Positions 1 to 10,517 of a stretch of DNA of 62,000 nt are shown piece after piece. The translations under genes were made by a program, and so were the position numbers. The notes under the pieces are model-generated. The model ran no database searches. It worked only from the letters and a program-made list of their open reading frames with translations, and was not told the origin of the DNA. Every line of letters starts with the position of its first letter. Position 1 is the stretch's first letter. The stretch comes from Acanthaster planci (Eukaryota). The stretch lies in the NCBI RefSeq assembly GCF_001949145.1, contig NW_019091405.1:1240001-1302000 (forward strand), given 5' to 3'.

Positions 1-1
1 A

Positions 2-937
2 GGGAGGCTTCCGGATCGTCTTGCAGGAGTTCAGCATCTGTATGACCCCCGTGGGAGCTGGACGGTCGTTCGGCTCCAGCAAGGCCATCCTCCGCAGTAG
101 GCGTCTCAGGTCGGGGCTGACGGTACGGAAGAGCTGGTGGTCCAGGTCCACGCTTGGGTTGTTGTGAAGGAACTTGCCCACAGGCACAGACCCGTAGCCG
201 GGAAATGGCAAGAAGGTCGCCAAGACCCGGTTCTCCTCACCTCGTTGGCGTTTCTTGGATTTGGGCAGCGGCAACAGGGAGTGGTCAGCGGCAGCGTTGA
301 AGAGCATCGCCAGCATGAAGATATCGGCTGCCCTGTTGGGTTTGTCGAATTCCCTGCCCCACTTGGAATGGTAGGCCTCGGGAGGAAGGGCATACATCAA
401 GCTCAGGGACCGGCCCTCCTCCAAATCGTAGCAATCGTCCGTGGCCTGGAGGCAGAGCTGGGCGAACCCGTAGTCGGTCAGCTTGGCCACGCCGGTGCCG
501 TTATAGATTTCGGTCACGATCACGCTGTAAGACGTCAGTGTATTGTGGGCGATGTCGTTGGAGTGCAGGTAGGATAGTCCTGTGGTAATCTGCAGGAATA
601 TCGCCTTGTAGGCGTCATCCGTCAGCCCCGAGTGCTTCTGCAGCAGGAATTCGTTCAGGGCCTGATGGCCGCCGTACTCCTTCCCCACCGAGCACAGGTA
701 CACGGTGCCTTGTTGCCTGTGGAGGAAGGCCTCCTTCACCTTGGCCACATTCTCGTGCTTTGGCAGGTAGCAGGCCATCTCCTTGTACACGCTCAGCGCT
801 CGCAGGGCGAATTCCTTGCTACCACACGGCACCAGTTTCACGTGCCGTTCTTTCCTGCCAGGACGGCGCTCTTTGACACGGTGATCCGAACCGAAGTAGC
901 CGCTACACAGCCTCTCCACCGGTGTGTACTGATTCAT
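2..937 (-). CDS. STK35/PDIK1L (NKF4)-like protein kinase fold, predicted pseudokinase; single coding exon, 3' end runs off the window
   Basis: ATG at 937 opens a stop-free frame of 312 codons to the window edge. It is absent from the ORF track because no stop is reached. Translation: MNQYTPVERLCSGYFGSD...RHVKLV...PKHENVAKVKEAFL...ITTGLSYLHSNDIAHNTLTSYSVIV...KLTDYGFAQ...YALPPE...ADIFMLA...VLATFLPFPGYGSVPVGKFLHNNPSVDL...LRRMALLEPNDRP. The VPVG..L..NP insert resembles the STK35/PDIK1L C-lobe insert as I recall it (LLGTY...VPVGEALLENP). Codon third positions are GC-rich. Confidence 0.85.
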   Translation of the reverse strand, partial: MNQYTPVERLCSGYFGSDHRVKERRPGRKERHVKLVPCGSKEFALRALSVYKEMACYLPKHENVAKVKEAFLHRQQGTVYLCSVGKEYGGHQALNEFLLQKHSGLTDDAYKAIFLQITTGLSYLHSNDIAHNTLTSYSVIVTEIYNGTGVAKLTDYGFAQLCLQATDDCYDLEEGRSLSLMYALPPEAYHSKWGREFDKPNRAADIFMLAMLFNAAADHSLLPLPKSKKRQRGEENRVLATFLPFPGYGSVPVGKFLHNNPSVDLDHQLFRTVSPDLRRLLRRMALLEPNDRPAPTGVIQMLNSCKTIRKPP

Positions 938-2067
938 AGTTCCCGTTAAATTCTCAGTGTTACAGCTGACGACAAACGAGACAAATTCGTCCAAATTTAA
1001 TCAACCCTCTCTCGTGTAGCCTGACGGTGCTAATTCCAGCTAACAGGCTCAAATTAATTTAGACTCAGTCTGCAGATAAACAATCTTTCAAGCATGCAGG
1101 AGTGCTTAAGTCAAAGTCACTCCTCCGGCCCCCAACATAACACGATTCACATGGGTTCAAATTTGACGGGCTGTTTGTTGGCTTCACTGTCATTGGACAA
1201 TTTCCGGGTAACCAAGGAGTTATAACAAAGCGTGGCCTGCCTGGCCTATTGTCCTTGGACAATGGACCCGAAGCCTGATTGTGCAAACAAAGGAACTGTA
1301 CTCAGCCTACGTTTCATTGTGGTTTCACGGTTAGTACAAGTAGTCTGTCCACGGAGCTTCTACCTCCACGTCTGTTTGACGACTGAATTCCTTAGTCATA
1401 GTTCAATACGTGAATGCCTTGCCCGGCGTTTTGGAAGCTATACTCCTTCAATCATTACAAATCAAGAAATGGCGACTGAATATTGAATAAAAAAAACGTA
1501 TATTTGGGAAAACTTGTAATAGTAAAAAACATTAATATATATCCATTTCTGACACCTCAGGTAGCATGTACTTATTGCATCTGGAATGCTGCGGGTTAAC
1601 AATCCACAAGCAGACCTCTTGGCCAGGACGCACGATCCAAACACTGTAGCCAGGTAGCAGATATTTTAACCGATGGATTAACGAGAGTATCGGGCGACAA
1701 GAGGCCAGTTGGAATCCTTTAACTTAGAACTATTGCAGCGAAAACCAACTAAAACTCAACCCTTGTAATCGTCGTATTGAATAAAAGTCAGTTTACTGAT
1801 TGCATCTATCGAACTATCTCAAAAATGGAACATAGCATCGCACACACACGTAATACTGCTCACGTAAACACGAGCTACAAACACAACAAATTAATAAGCT
1901 GCCAGACATGTCAGAGACCGGTTAATGTTGACGATCATTATAACGATACATTTTTATTGTATCTTTTTCTGTGTGATGCGTTTTCAATCACTTTAATCTT
2001 TTCAGAGCAATATTCAGTACAGTAAAAGTTAATGGTTTTGTTTCCTCTTTAAAATGCAGGATGAAAA

Positions 2068-2154
2068 GCAACCTGTTGAATTGACTGAGTGGCTAAGCTC
2101 TGAGTGATATCAGTTCTTAGGACTGTTGGTTCGAATCCCAGTGGTGGCTATTTT
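2068..2154 (+). mobile_element. degenerate tRNA-like / SINE head
   Basis: A-box-like TGACTGAGTGG (2082-2092), B-box GGTTCGAATCC (2128-2138), then TTTT. The cloverleaf stems are poor. Confidence 0.4.
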
Positions 2155-5100
2155 GTTTTCCCAACATTCACTTTCATTCAGTACCTATAAGTGACTCTAA
2201 TTTACCCTCGTCAAATACCAACAGTACCTTAGCCGACCGGGTAATTAAGCTCTTTTGCTGGGACTGTCCAGGTGAGCGCCTTGGTACAGGTTCGAGACGT
2301 ATGGCCGACTAAGGGGCCTGTCTCGTTTCCTCCCTTGCATGGTCGCTCGAACCCTTTTTGGGTTAAATGGATGGGCAGAGAGGAAGTGTGGTGGGCCGGG
2401 AACCCCGAGACCCCAGAAGAGTCCTATATGGAAGACGGTAGGCCTAACTGCGATTCGTAGCGAATTTCAGGAGTCCATGCACCTGAATGCTTGGTCAACA
2501 CCGCATAACTTTTGCGTTTTCTTTCATCCCTTTTTTTTCATTCTGCTGGGCGCGAAATACTTAGAGCAAACATTTTTTTAAGGGTTGAATGCAGTGAGTC
2601 AAAGGAGGGCATGATTATTACATTCGGTTTTTAAACTTTCGTTTTAATATCCTCAATTTTCGACATCGACGAAACCGACCCCAAACATGCCGGGGTCCTT
2701 GTTTCTAAATATACCACGCGTGATCTCAGTATATCAATGGCGTGTCTAGTGAATACATTTTATAAGAACATTGATGGTACAATAGTAGCAGATCCTGGGG
2801 TGGCGCACTCGCCTCCTTATTTGATTATGGGAAATACCTTTTCATTTTCTCCTCATCTGGTTAGTAATTAAAAAAATTTTTTTTAATGTTTAGGTTCATC
2901 TTCATTCAGCGATCAAAGTAAGGATACTTTTGTAGTAATTACGCGATATTACAGTGAACTTCGTATATGGAATTCTTCCCACAAATTCAAATGAATAATA
3001 CGTAATCGTTAGAATGTTAACAACGGAAGATTACCTCGAGAATCCCATGGATTTTAAGTCATTATAGTTAATGTTTTTACCCCCTTCTCACCGGCAAAAG
3101 CTCCAAACGCTGCTGAATGCCTATCATGGCTCAAAAGTCGTTCATATTTTTTTACGTCTTATGCTGCTTGGGAACTCACGTTACAATTAATCGTCTTATT
3201 TGTGACGCAAATTTTACGCTATTTCCTATGTCTACATTAAATTTAATTTTGGAAAAGGAAATAGCAAAAATAAAAGTGCTTCTTTGGCCATTAGCATAAT
3301 ATCGGTGTATATACTGGCAATAATACCGAGTTACAAAAATGGCATGGCAAAAGTAATTCGTTATACGTAGGCCTGTCCTGTTCGAACATACCTGCCATAT
3401 ATAATATTGGCCACATCTTCCTAAATGGTTTCTCTAAATTAAATACAATTTAATTCTTCTATCACAACACTACGTATTTACTACGCCTATTCCATCGAAT
3501 CGTTTCCTAAAACGGCGCGATGCCACCAAATAACATTGTCTTTAGAGTGGCCGTAAAACCTCGCAAGAAATTCCTTGAAACATATCACATCACTCCACAA
3601 GCCCCGAGATAAGTAATTTAGATGTCTACCCATAACCAGTGTATAGAGGGATGTCTCTTGCAACATTTCACGCATAGTCATAAGAAAGCCCTACATTGTG
3701 GCGTCCATTCAGAGCCACGAAAGCCTTGAAATGGTGGGGTTTCCCTTCAGTTATGAATGAAACGCCCTACAATAAATGGGTGTCTGTTCACAGCCGTGAA
3801 TTAAACCGTTGCTGCATTTTCAAAACAGTTTTAAAAAATCACTGTACATTAAAATGAGGTGTTTCGTACGTTGCTTTTTGTGCTCAACAATAAGCTACTA
3901 AAGACATGTCTAGCTCCACGTCCTAAACTTAACCTCAAGTTGGTGCGATGTTTCCCGATGGAGGCTTTGCCGACTATACGATTCAGATTCAGTTTTAAAT
4001 TGTTCAGTGCTTCTAAATAAGCTACCGAAAACCCCTTGAAATCTGTGAATAATATGCGTTGAGTTTCCCTCATGCGTTGAGATGTGGTGCCCTCATGAAA
4101 AAAGGTACGCACCCCAGCTGCCCCCCGCCCCCGAACCGTAGCCCTCATTATGACGCTGATTAATTTTTAAGAGGTACTACTCACTTCAAGAAATCCAATT
4201 TCGGAAATCAACCACGAGTCATCTCGGCTTGTTTAACGATGATCATCTCCTGGCTTCCTGAGCTGAGCTCATTTTTTTGGACTGCGTCTGTTAGAACGTC
4301 GCGCACCGATTTGCATTTCTTTGGAACAGTCCGCAGTTTCCCTATTTGACAATCTGCGCGCGCAGTCGCGCGTTCTGTTAACTCAGCTTGGGAGCGCTTG
4401 TGCACACACAGATATTGCACTCATAAACTTTTATGCAGCAAGGTATCAGACGGAGANNNNNNNNNNNNNNNNNNNNNNNNNNNNNNNNNNNNNNNNNNNN
4501 NNNNNNNNNNNNNNNNNNNNNNNNNNNNNNNNNNNNNNNNNNNNNNNNNNNNNNNNNNNNNNNNNNNNNNNNNNNNNNNNNNNNNNNNNNNNNNNNNNNN
4601 NNNNNNNNNNNNNNNNNNNNNNNNNNNNNNNNNNNNNNNNNNNNNNNNNNNNNNNNNNNNNNNNNNNNNNNNNNNNNNNNNNNNNNNNNNNNNNNNNNNN
4701 NNNNNNNNNNNNNNNNNNNNNNNNNNNNNNNNNNNNNNNNNNNNNNNNNNNNNNNNNNNNNNNNNNNNNNNNNNNNNNNNNNNNNNNNNNNNNNNNNNNC
4801 ATATGTACTCTTGTTGTGCTGGTATTCGGTTGTATACATGTATTTTTTATCGGTAATTTTTTCTTTCTTGCAGAGTGCCAGAGTAAATAAGAAAATGAAT
4901 TTGAATGGTTTCCACAACTTACAACAATTTTCAATTGAAGGCATGGTTCTCCGCGTTTTTGTTTTGGTCGCAGTGAAGGTTTTCCTGGTCGAACATGCAT
5001 ATGTAAAGATACTTTTATATCTTGTAATTTGAGCGTTATAGTTGATATTTTTTGTCTAACATTTTAATTGTACATAGGTCTCTTTGTGCATGTTTTTACT

Positions 5101-5631
5101 TTTCTTTTTCTTTTTTTATTTTTTTAAGTATATGTAAATTACTGCATGTGTGCATATTCATTTAAATGTTCATGTTGCGTTTTTGTAATTCGTGGAGGGG
5201 GTTCTTTTCATGTTTTTGTTTTGTTTTTTTCTATTTGTTTAGTTTCAGCATTTTGGAGAGCCACTTGAGTGATTTAGTTCGCTTTTTGGCAATCCCTTAA
5301 GGGTGGTGCTGTAACCATGTCCATGTCTTAATTACTGTTTCTTGATTGTATATGTGTTTGTATTTTGTTTTGTCTTACCTGAAAAAGAATAAATTAAAAA
5401 ATGAGAAAAATGAAATGAGAGTTTCGCATCACAAGTAAAATAAACCAAACCATTGTCATAACCTAAGCTGGACATAACAAGTATAAACGATCTCCATTCT
5501 CCAGGAGATTCCATGAAGAAAATTCTTTTGTCATTCACAACTCTGAACAGGAATTGAGTACATGTGGGTCTAGTTATAGGTCCACAAAGAGAAAGGGTAG
5601 TTTTGTTTCGCAAATATTGAGTTGGAAACTG

Positions 5632-5904
5632 GGCCCAATTTCACGGAGCTGCTTAACACTTGGCTGAAAATTTGCCAATCTTTAAGACTGATTAATAATC
5701 ACTATTTTATGGCGGTGCTTGGCCTGGTTGTACTTTACTGTTGCACACATAAAGATTTATATTGTTTTTCTACAAAAAGCTTCGGATTTTTCTTCAAAGC
5801 TAAGCGTGCCTTCTGCCGTGCCTACTGCTTACGTACGGTTTCCATGTTATATACGAAACTGTAAACGTAAAATCGTGTGCTTAGCAGCGCCGTGAAATTG
5901 GGCC
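5632..5904. mobile_element. MITE with GGCCCAATTTCACGG terminal inverted repeats (Harbinger/Tourist-like termini)
   Basis: Left end GGCCCAATTTCACGGAGCTGCT; right end AGCAGCGCCGTGAAATTGGGCC. About 22 bp with 1 mismatch. No clear target-site duplication (TSD). Confidence 0.7.
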
Positions 5905-7730
5905 ATGATCTCTCTCGGCTGCCGCATATTGTACAGATGTCGCTAGTTCTCCACCATACAGCAAGACTCAAATCATACGGGTAGCCTCTTCTGACCTCCC
6001 GCCCATGGCCACCCTTTGATTCATCCTTTAAGAGGAAAAAAATGGTGGGATGTCCGTACCCAACATTTATATGAATCACTGCTTTGATTAACCAGTCAAT
6101 ACATTCAGTACAGTGGAATGTTCCATCTCTCATGTTTCTGTCTTCACAACCTATTGATACACAATGGAGAATTCTAGAACAAATTTACATTTATCGAAAC
6201 ACGAATCACATACATTACTGAACATCATTTTAAAATACAGTCGTAAGCTGATAGTGGCCTGTTATTGAAGCTAATTTCAAATTAGCATTTAAAAAACATT
6301 TCAAGAAAACATCATAATGCAGCTAACAAAAGTAATACTGAAGGAAAAAAAATTGTCAATTGGATAGAATTTCATCTCAAACCAAGAGGAATAAAGCCTT
6401 CTGTATGTCCATGACTGCATTGAAAATCCACTACCTTTTTCATTTCTGTGCCTTACCTTGGAGGGATTACAACTCCTATTTAAAAGGGTTTATAAAACTG
6501 AATTAATTTGTTTGAAGTTGCAGCCGAATGTTAATGAGAAACTTTCAGGGCAGAAGTGAGGTGTTTCTAGCATTTGAAAGTCATTGCATGCTCATTCCAG
6601 ATTGTGATCACACCAACTAACATTTACCGGTTATTGCCATTTTGGAGGAAAGTGGTCCCATAAGCAAGTTGGAGCTTGTGACTATGAAGGGTCACATCTT
6701 TCCTTTGCAATGTTTTAGAATGCAGTACAAAGCATTTTCTTCTCAAACTGGTCTTTTTCTTCTATGATCTATTATGGAGACTATGAAATGCCCAAACTCT
6801 CAGTCTCAAGCACATTCAGACATTAAGGCTTTTTGAAAACTTAGGTTTGGCACTGAGCCTTCACTCCCTGTAATGAAATGTGCCCTGCTTTTTGACTTTG
6901 TCTCCAAATCTTAATAAACCAGATATTTAATCTGGAAATTTCTCATCCCCTGAGCTGTACCTGTACCTGAGTTTGTAAGTTGTCTTTGTATTGACTTAGT
7001 TTGACCTTACACATCAATGTGATGTCAATGTGATGTCAATTTTATATTGATTTGCTCATCAGTATCCCTCTCATAGTTATTTTTGAGTTACTACAATCAG
7101 CATGCATTGGTTGGCACAAGCTGTAAATTTGGTTCTTCTTATTCCAAACACAAAACAAAGTCAAACGTCTGTTTTTATTTAAGCTACAAAGCTCTGACAG
7201 AAATTGCTTCTTGGTACATGTACCTCACAGACAACTATGGGAACTTGCATTTTCCAAATCGTTGTCAAATCCAACATTAAGATCAGCAAGAGAAACTAGT
7301 TTAAAACCTACACACGTCTAACGTGTGTCTCACATGATCAAAATATACCAGACTCTACATCAATCACATGAATCACCACCAAATTAGGTCTCTGGGATAT
7401 ACACCCCCACCCCAACTAAGACCATCAAGACCTCCATCTAATCAACTAAACTCTTTGCCCGAACTCAAATCCCTAACTATTAAATTCTTTCACTTGGTAA
7501 GAACATCAAGTCCAATCCCCAAAGATGCGCATACAAGTGTGATGTCATGATGATGTCATCAGGTATCAATACAAGCAATTCAATTTAAACGTAACCAACT
7601 TCTATCAGGTGTATCTCCTGAACTACTACAAATGTAACGGTACTGTGTTCAGTTCACCCTTGACGAGCCTCAGAGGCTGAAAATGATATATGTACCATTG
7701 CTCCAGCAGCTTTCAGGTATGGGGAGAGTT

Positions 7731-7827
7731 AAGAAAGGCCGCTGTTTCTCTAAAAACTAACGCATGTAGTCATTAAGCTTAAGAAAGGCCAGCTGTTTCT
7801 CTAAAAAAACTAACACCTGTAGTCATT
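7731..7827. repeat. two-copy tandem duplication (~50 bp)
   Basis: AAGAAAGGCC(A)GCTGTTTCTCTAAAAA..CTAAC..TGTAGTCATT occurs twice in tandem. Confidence 0.75.
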
Positions 7828-8081
7828 TGGTCCAGTCATTGGAAAGCTGATTTTCTCCACGCTCTAGTACTATTACACAAATGCTCTGGTGAATTCTGAG
7901 ACTATACAAATAACTGCAATCTGGACGAATTTACAATACACAACCAACAAATGATTGAAACTTGCCAAAAACTAAAGTCCTAAAAGATTTGGTTCTGATC
8001 TTTTAATATTTAGTTAAAGTTGAAAAAACTTGTTTTTTATTTTTATTTTTACATCCAAGACCATCAGATGATTTTGGTACT

Positions 8082-8390
8082 GATATGCACCAGTGGAGTG
8101 ACCATTTTGGCAGGTTGTTTTTTTTTTTCGATATGCACCAGTGGAGTGAACATTTTGGCAGGTTGTTTTTTCGATATGCACTAGCGGAGTGACCATTTTG
8201 GCAGGCTGTTTTTTTTTATATGCACCAGCGGAGTGACAATTTTGGCAGGTTTTTNNTTTTTTTTTTTATATGCACCAGTGGAGTGACCATTTTGGCAGGT
8301 TTTTTTTTTTTATATGCACCAGTGGAGTGACAATTTTTGAAGTTTTTTTTTTCGATATGCTTCAGTGGAGTGACCATTCTGGCAGGTTGT
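8082..8390. repeat. minisatellite, 7 copies of a ~31-bp core plus variable poly-T linker
   Basis: Core ATATGCACCAGTGGAGTGACCATTTTGGCAGG recurs, separated by T runs of different length. Confidence 0.9.
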
Positions 8391-8539
8391 TTATTCAGTA
8401 ACAGTTCATATTCATTTGCATTGCTAGATTGCTATTTAGAAAACATGCACACCCTAGTTTTGAGGTAACAACGGTTTGTGCATGTGTACACTACAAATAT
8501 AACTATATGTACGAATATGGAATGTAACAGATTCGATCC

Positions 8540-8674
8540 AATTTATATAACAGGTTTTGCCCTTACCCCCCAAAAAAGTCACAAGCTTACTCGGTAAGCT
8601 TGTGACCTTTTGACCTGGTAAGGGCAAAACCTGTTATATAAATTAACATCTCCCAAACGCAAAAATACATCTTG
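8540..8674. mobile_element. foldback (palindromic) copy of the tRNA-related interspersed repeat also at 21365 and 40293
   Basis: Perfect 28-bp arms at 8540-8567 and 8617-8644. Perfect 13-bp inner arms GTCACAAGCTTAC/GTAAGCTTGTGAC around TCG. The tail CATCTCCCAAACGCAAAAATACATCT is close to the reverse complement of the 21365 and 40293 copies. Confidence 0.8.
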
Positions 8675-9164
8675 AAAAAGATTTGATCCAGCTTGAAAGA
8701 AGCTACATCCAAGAAACAGCATCCGCCATTCATTCCCTTTCAAATTAGAGTCTTTCATGGCCTTAATTGATGGCATGGTTCTTTGATTTTATTGTCCAGG
8801 ATTCAGCCAATTAGATGGGTAGATTGGGGCTTTTTAGCCTCAGATTTCTTTCCAGTGGTGCAGACGAGGGTTTTTACCTCATCCATGACATTAGTCATGT
8901 CCAACAGAGACACTGCAAAAAGCCCATTTGTTTGCACTATTGCTGGCATATGAAATTGTATCTTCTATTTTGCAATCTTAGAATCAGCTCCATATGTTCT
9001 CTTGGCACGTACAGAAATGCCCCTGGACACTTGAGGTAAATATTGCGCGTCATATATTGGACATAACAAAAGCAATTCACAATACTACATGCTGTCAAGC
9101 AATTGGCTCAAGGAGGCCACTTTTCAACAACATTCATCTTTATCTTGCATAGATTAGCTTGTAG

Positions 9165-9600
9165 CGGTGTGCGTTTATGGGTATTTTTGGAACCGGGTAC
9201 CCATTTCATTCAATGCTGGGTACCCAGGTACCCTTAAAATATACAGAACCCTTAACAAATGGCATTGCATGCAATCCCAGCAGACCATGGGCCTGAAACA
9301 GGGCTCCTGTTTGGTTCCTAGGAAACAGCACATTGGTCTAAACTTTTGAGGATCAAATCAGCCCCATCTTTTTATAAAACAAAGTGTTACATTTGATTTG
9401 TTATAAAGGTTGCTCTGTCAATATCTGAACAGGAGTTATGACCGTGGGCCCGGGTTTTTCAGCTGATTTTTCAGCAATTCTGCCCTTCACTGTTCAAGTT
9501 CTAATACATTTTATACAAAGAATTTTTCACGGGTACCCGGCCTGGAAAAATGGAACTGGGTTTTGATATTGACGGGCCGCTACCCGGGTACCCAGCACTG
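9165..9600. mobile_element. probable MITE with clustered GGGTACCC subterminal motifs
   Basis: GGGTACCC palindromes cluster at both ends (about 9196-9233 and 9531-9593). Termini are not crisply defined. Confidence 0.4.
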
Positions 9601-10517
9601 GCCTATTAGCTTGCACTTCATCATTGGTTCTGCATTATTTTTTTCTCATAGCAGGACACAAACACATGTACAAACACCTTCAATCATGAAATTCCCATCA
9701 TCTTCCTTTTTGTCAATACTTGAAACATTTTGCAAAGCGTTTCCATAGGATTTGTACACGGTTTTCCAATCATGGATCGTCACCGATCGTGGACCAGGCT
9801 TGTCCAGGCTGTAACAATGTTCACAGGGCAATTACTTATTGTTAGGAATATTGAGACTGATTTACAGAATGAAAAAGTTGTCGCCATGGTGTTTTCATTC
9901 CCCAAACTGTCTGTATTTCAACATGTGCAGCTCCCACAACTACAGAGAATAGGACTCTGTGGACACACAAATTCAAGTACTCATTGTTATGTTCGCAAGA
10001 ATTCCAACATTATTTCGAGCAAGAAGGGAAGAACGTACACGTTAAGAGAAGAGAGACACTGGTACCATCTTGTTATGGATATTATACCAGCATACGAGCC
10101 GAACACCAAGCCCCTGACCCTGTTGACCATTTTCCCACAATGCACTGCAAACTTGGCCTCTTTACAGTGGCTGGTAAGTGACAACTTGTATTTTGAGTTG
10201 CTCCAATTATGGCCATATAGTTGGCAAGCACCCTGTCCAGGGATCAGATAGCACACTGTGGCCTTCCCACGAGACAACAAAGTAGACAGCATGAGACTAC
10301 ATTGATTTGCAGGTATGTAGATGTACGGCGTGGGTCACCTATGGTACCTGCACACCAGACAAATACACCTAAGTGTGGGCATGTGGTGGCAATATGCGGT
10401 GTTTTGGTGTCCCTTACTGTTGGTGCTTGTTTTGTCAAAGTTTCTGCTTCGCCAGGGTACTCGTGCGCCCAAGTCTAGGGTCAGCACACTTCATGAGGTT
10501 CAAATCCTCTAAGGCTG

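Noticed and set aside
137..949. Plus-strand ORFs 137-577 and 632-949, and minus ORF 106-393
   Set aside because: They are shadow frames of the minus-strand kinase-like ORF and have no recognisable motifs.
2410..2455. Hammerhead-like CAGAAGAGTCC-TATAT-GGAAGAC
   Set aside because: The CUGA and GAAA core nucleotides are altered, and there is no stem I or NUH site.
4321..5032. Long ORFs rich in X here and at 12559-13675, 23230-23709, 31085-31738 and 44535-45229
   Set aside because: Artefacts of reading through assembly gaps.
7655..7705. Hammerhead-like TTGACGAGCCTCAGAGGCTGAAA
   Set aside because: C3 is missing, there is an extra base before GAAA, the cleavage position would be G, and no stem I forms.
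8082..8390. CRISPR-like repeat-spacer array (also considered for 27297, 44568 and 55934)
   Set aside because: Spacers are homopolymers or identical, there are no cas genes, and the context is eukaryotic.
5822..10500. Additional protein gene between the pseudokinase and RCE1 (ORFs 5822-6133, 9730-10251 and others)
   Set aside because: No recognisable domains and no phase-consistent exon chain; probably UTR or intergenic.
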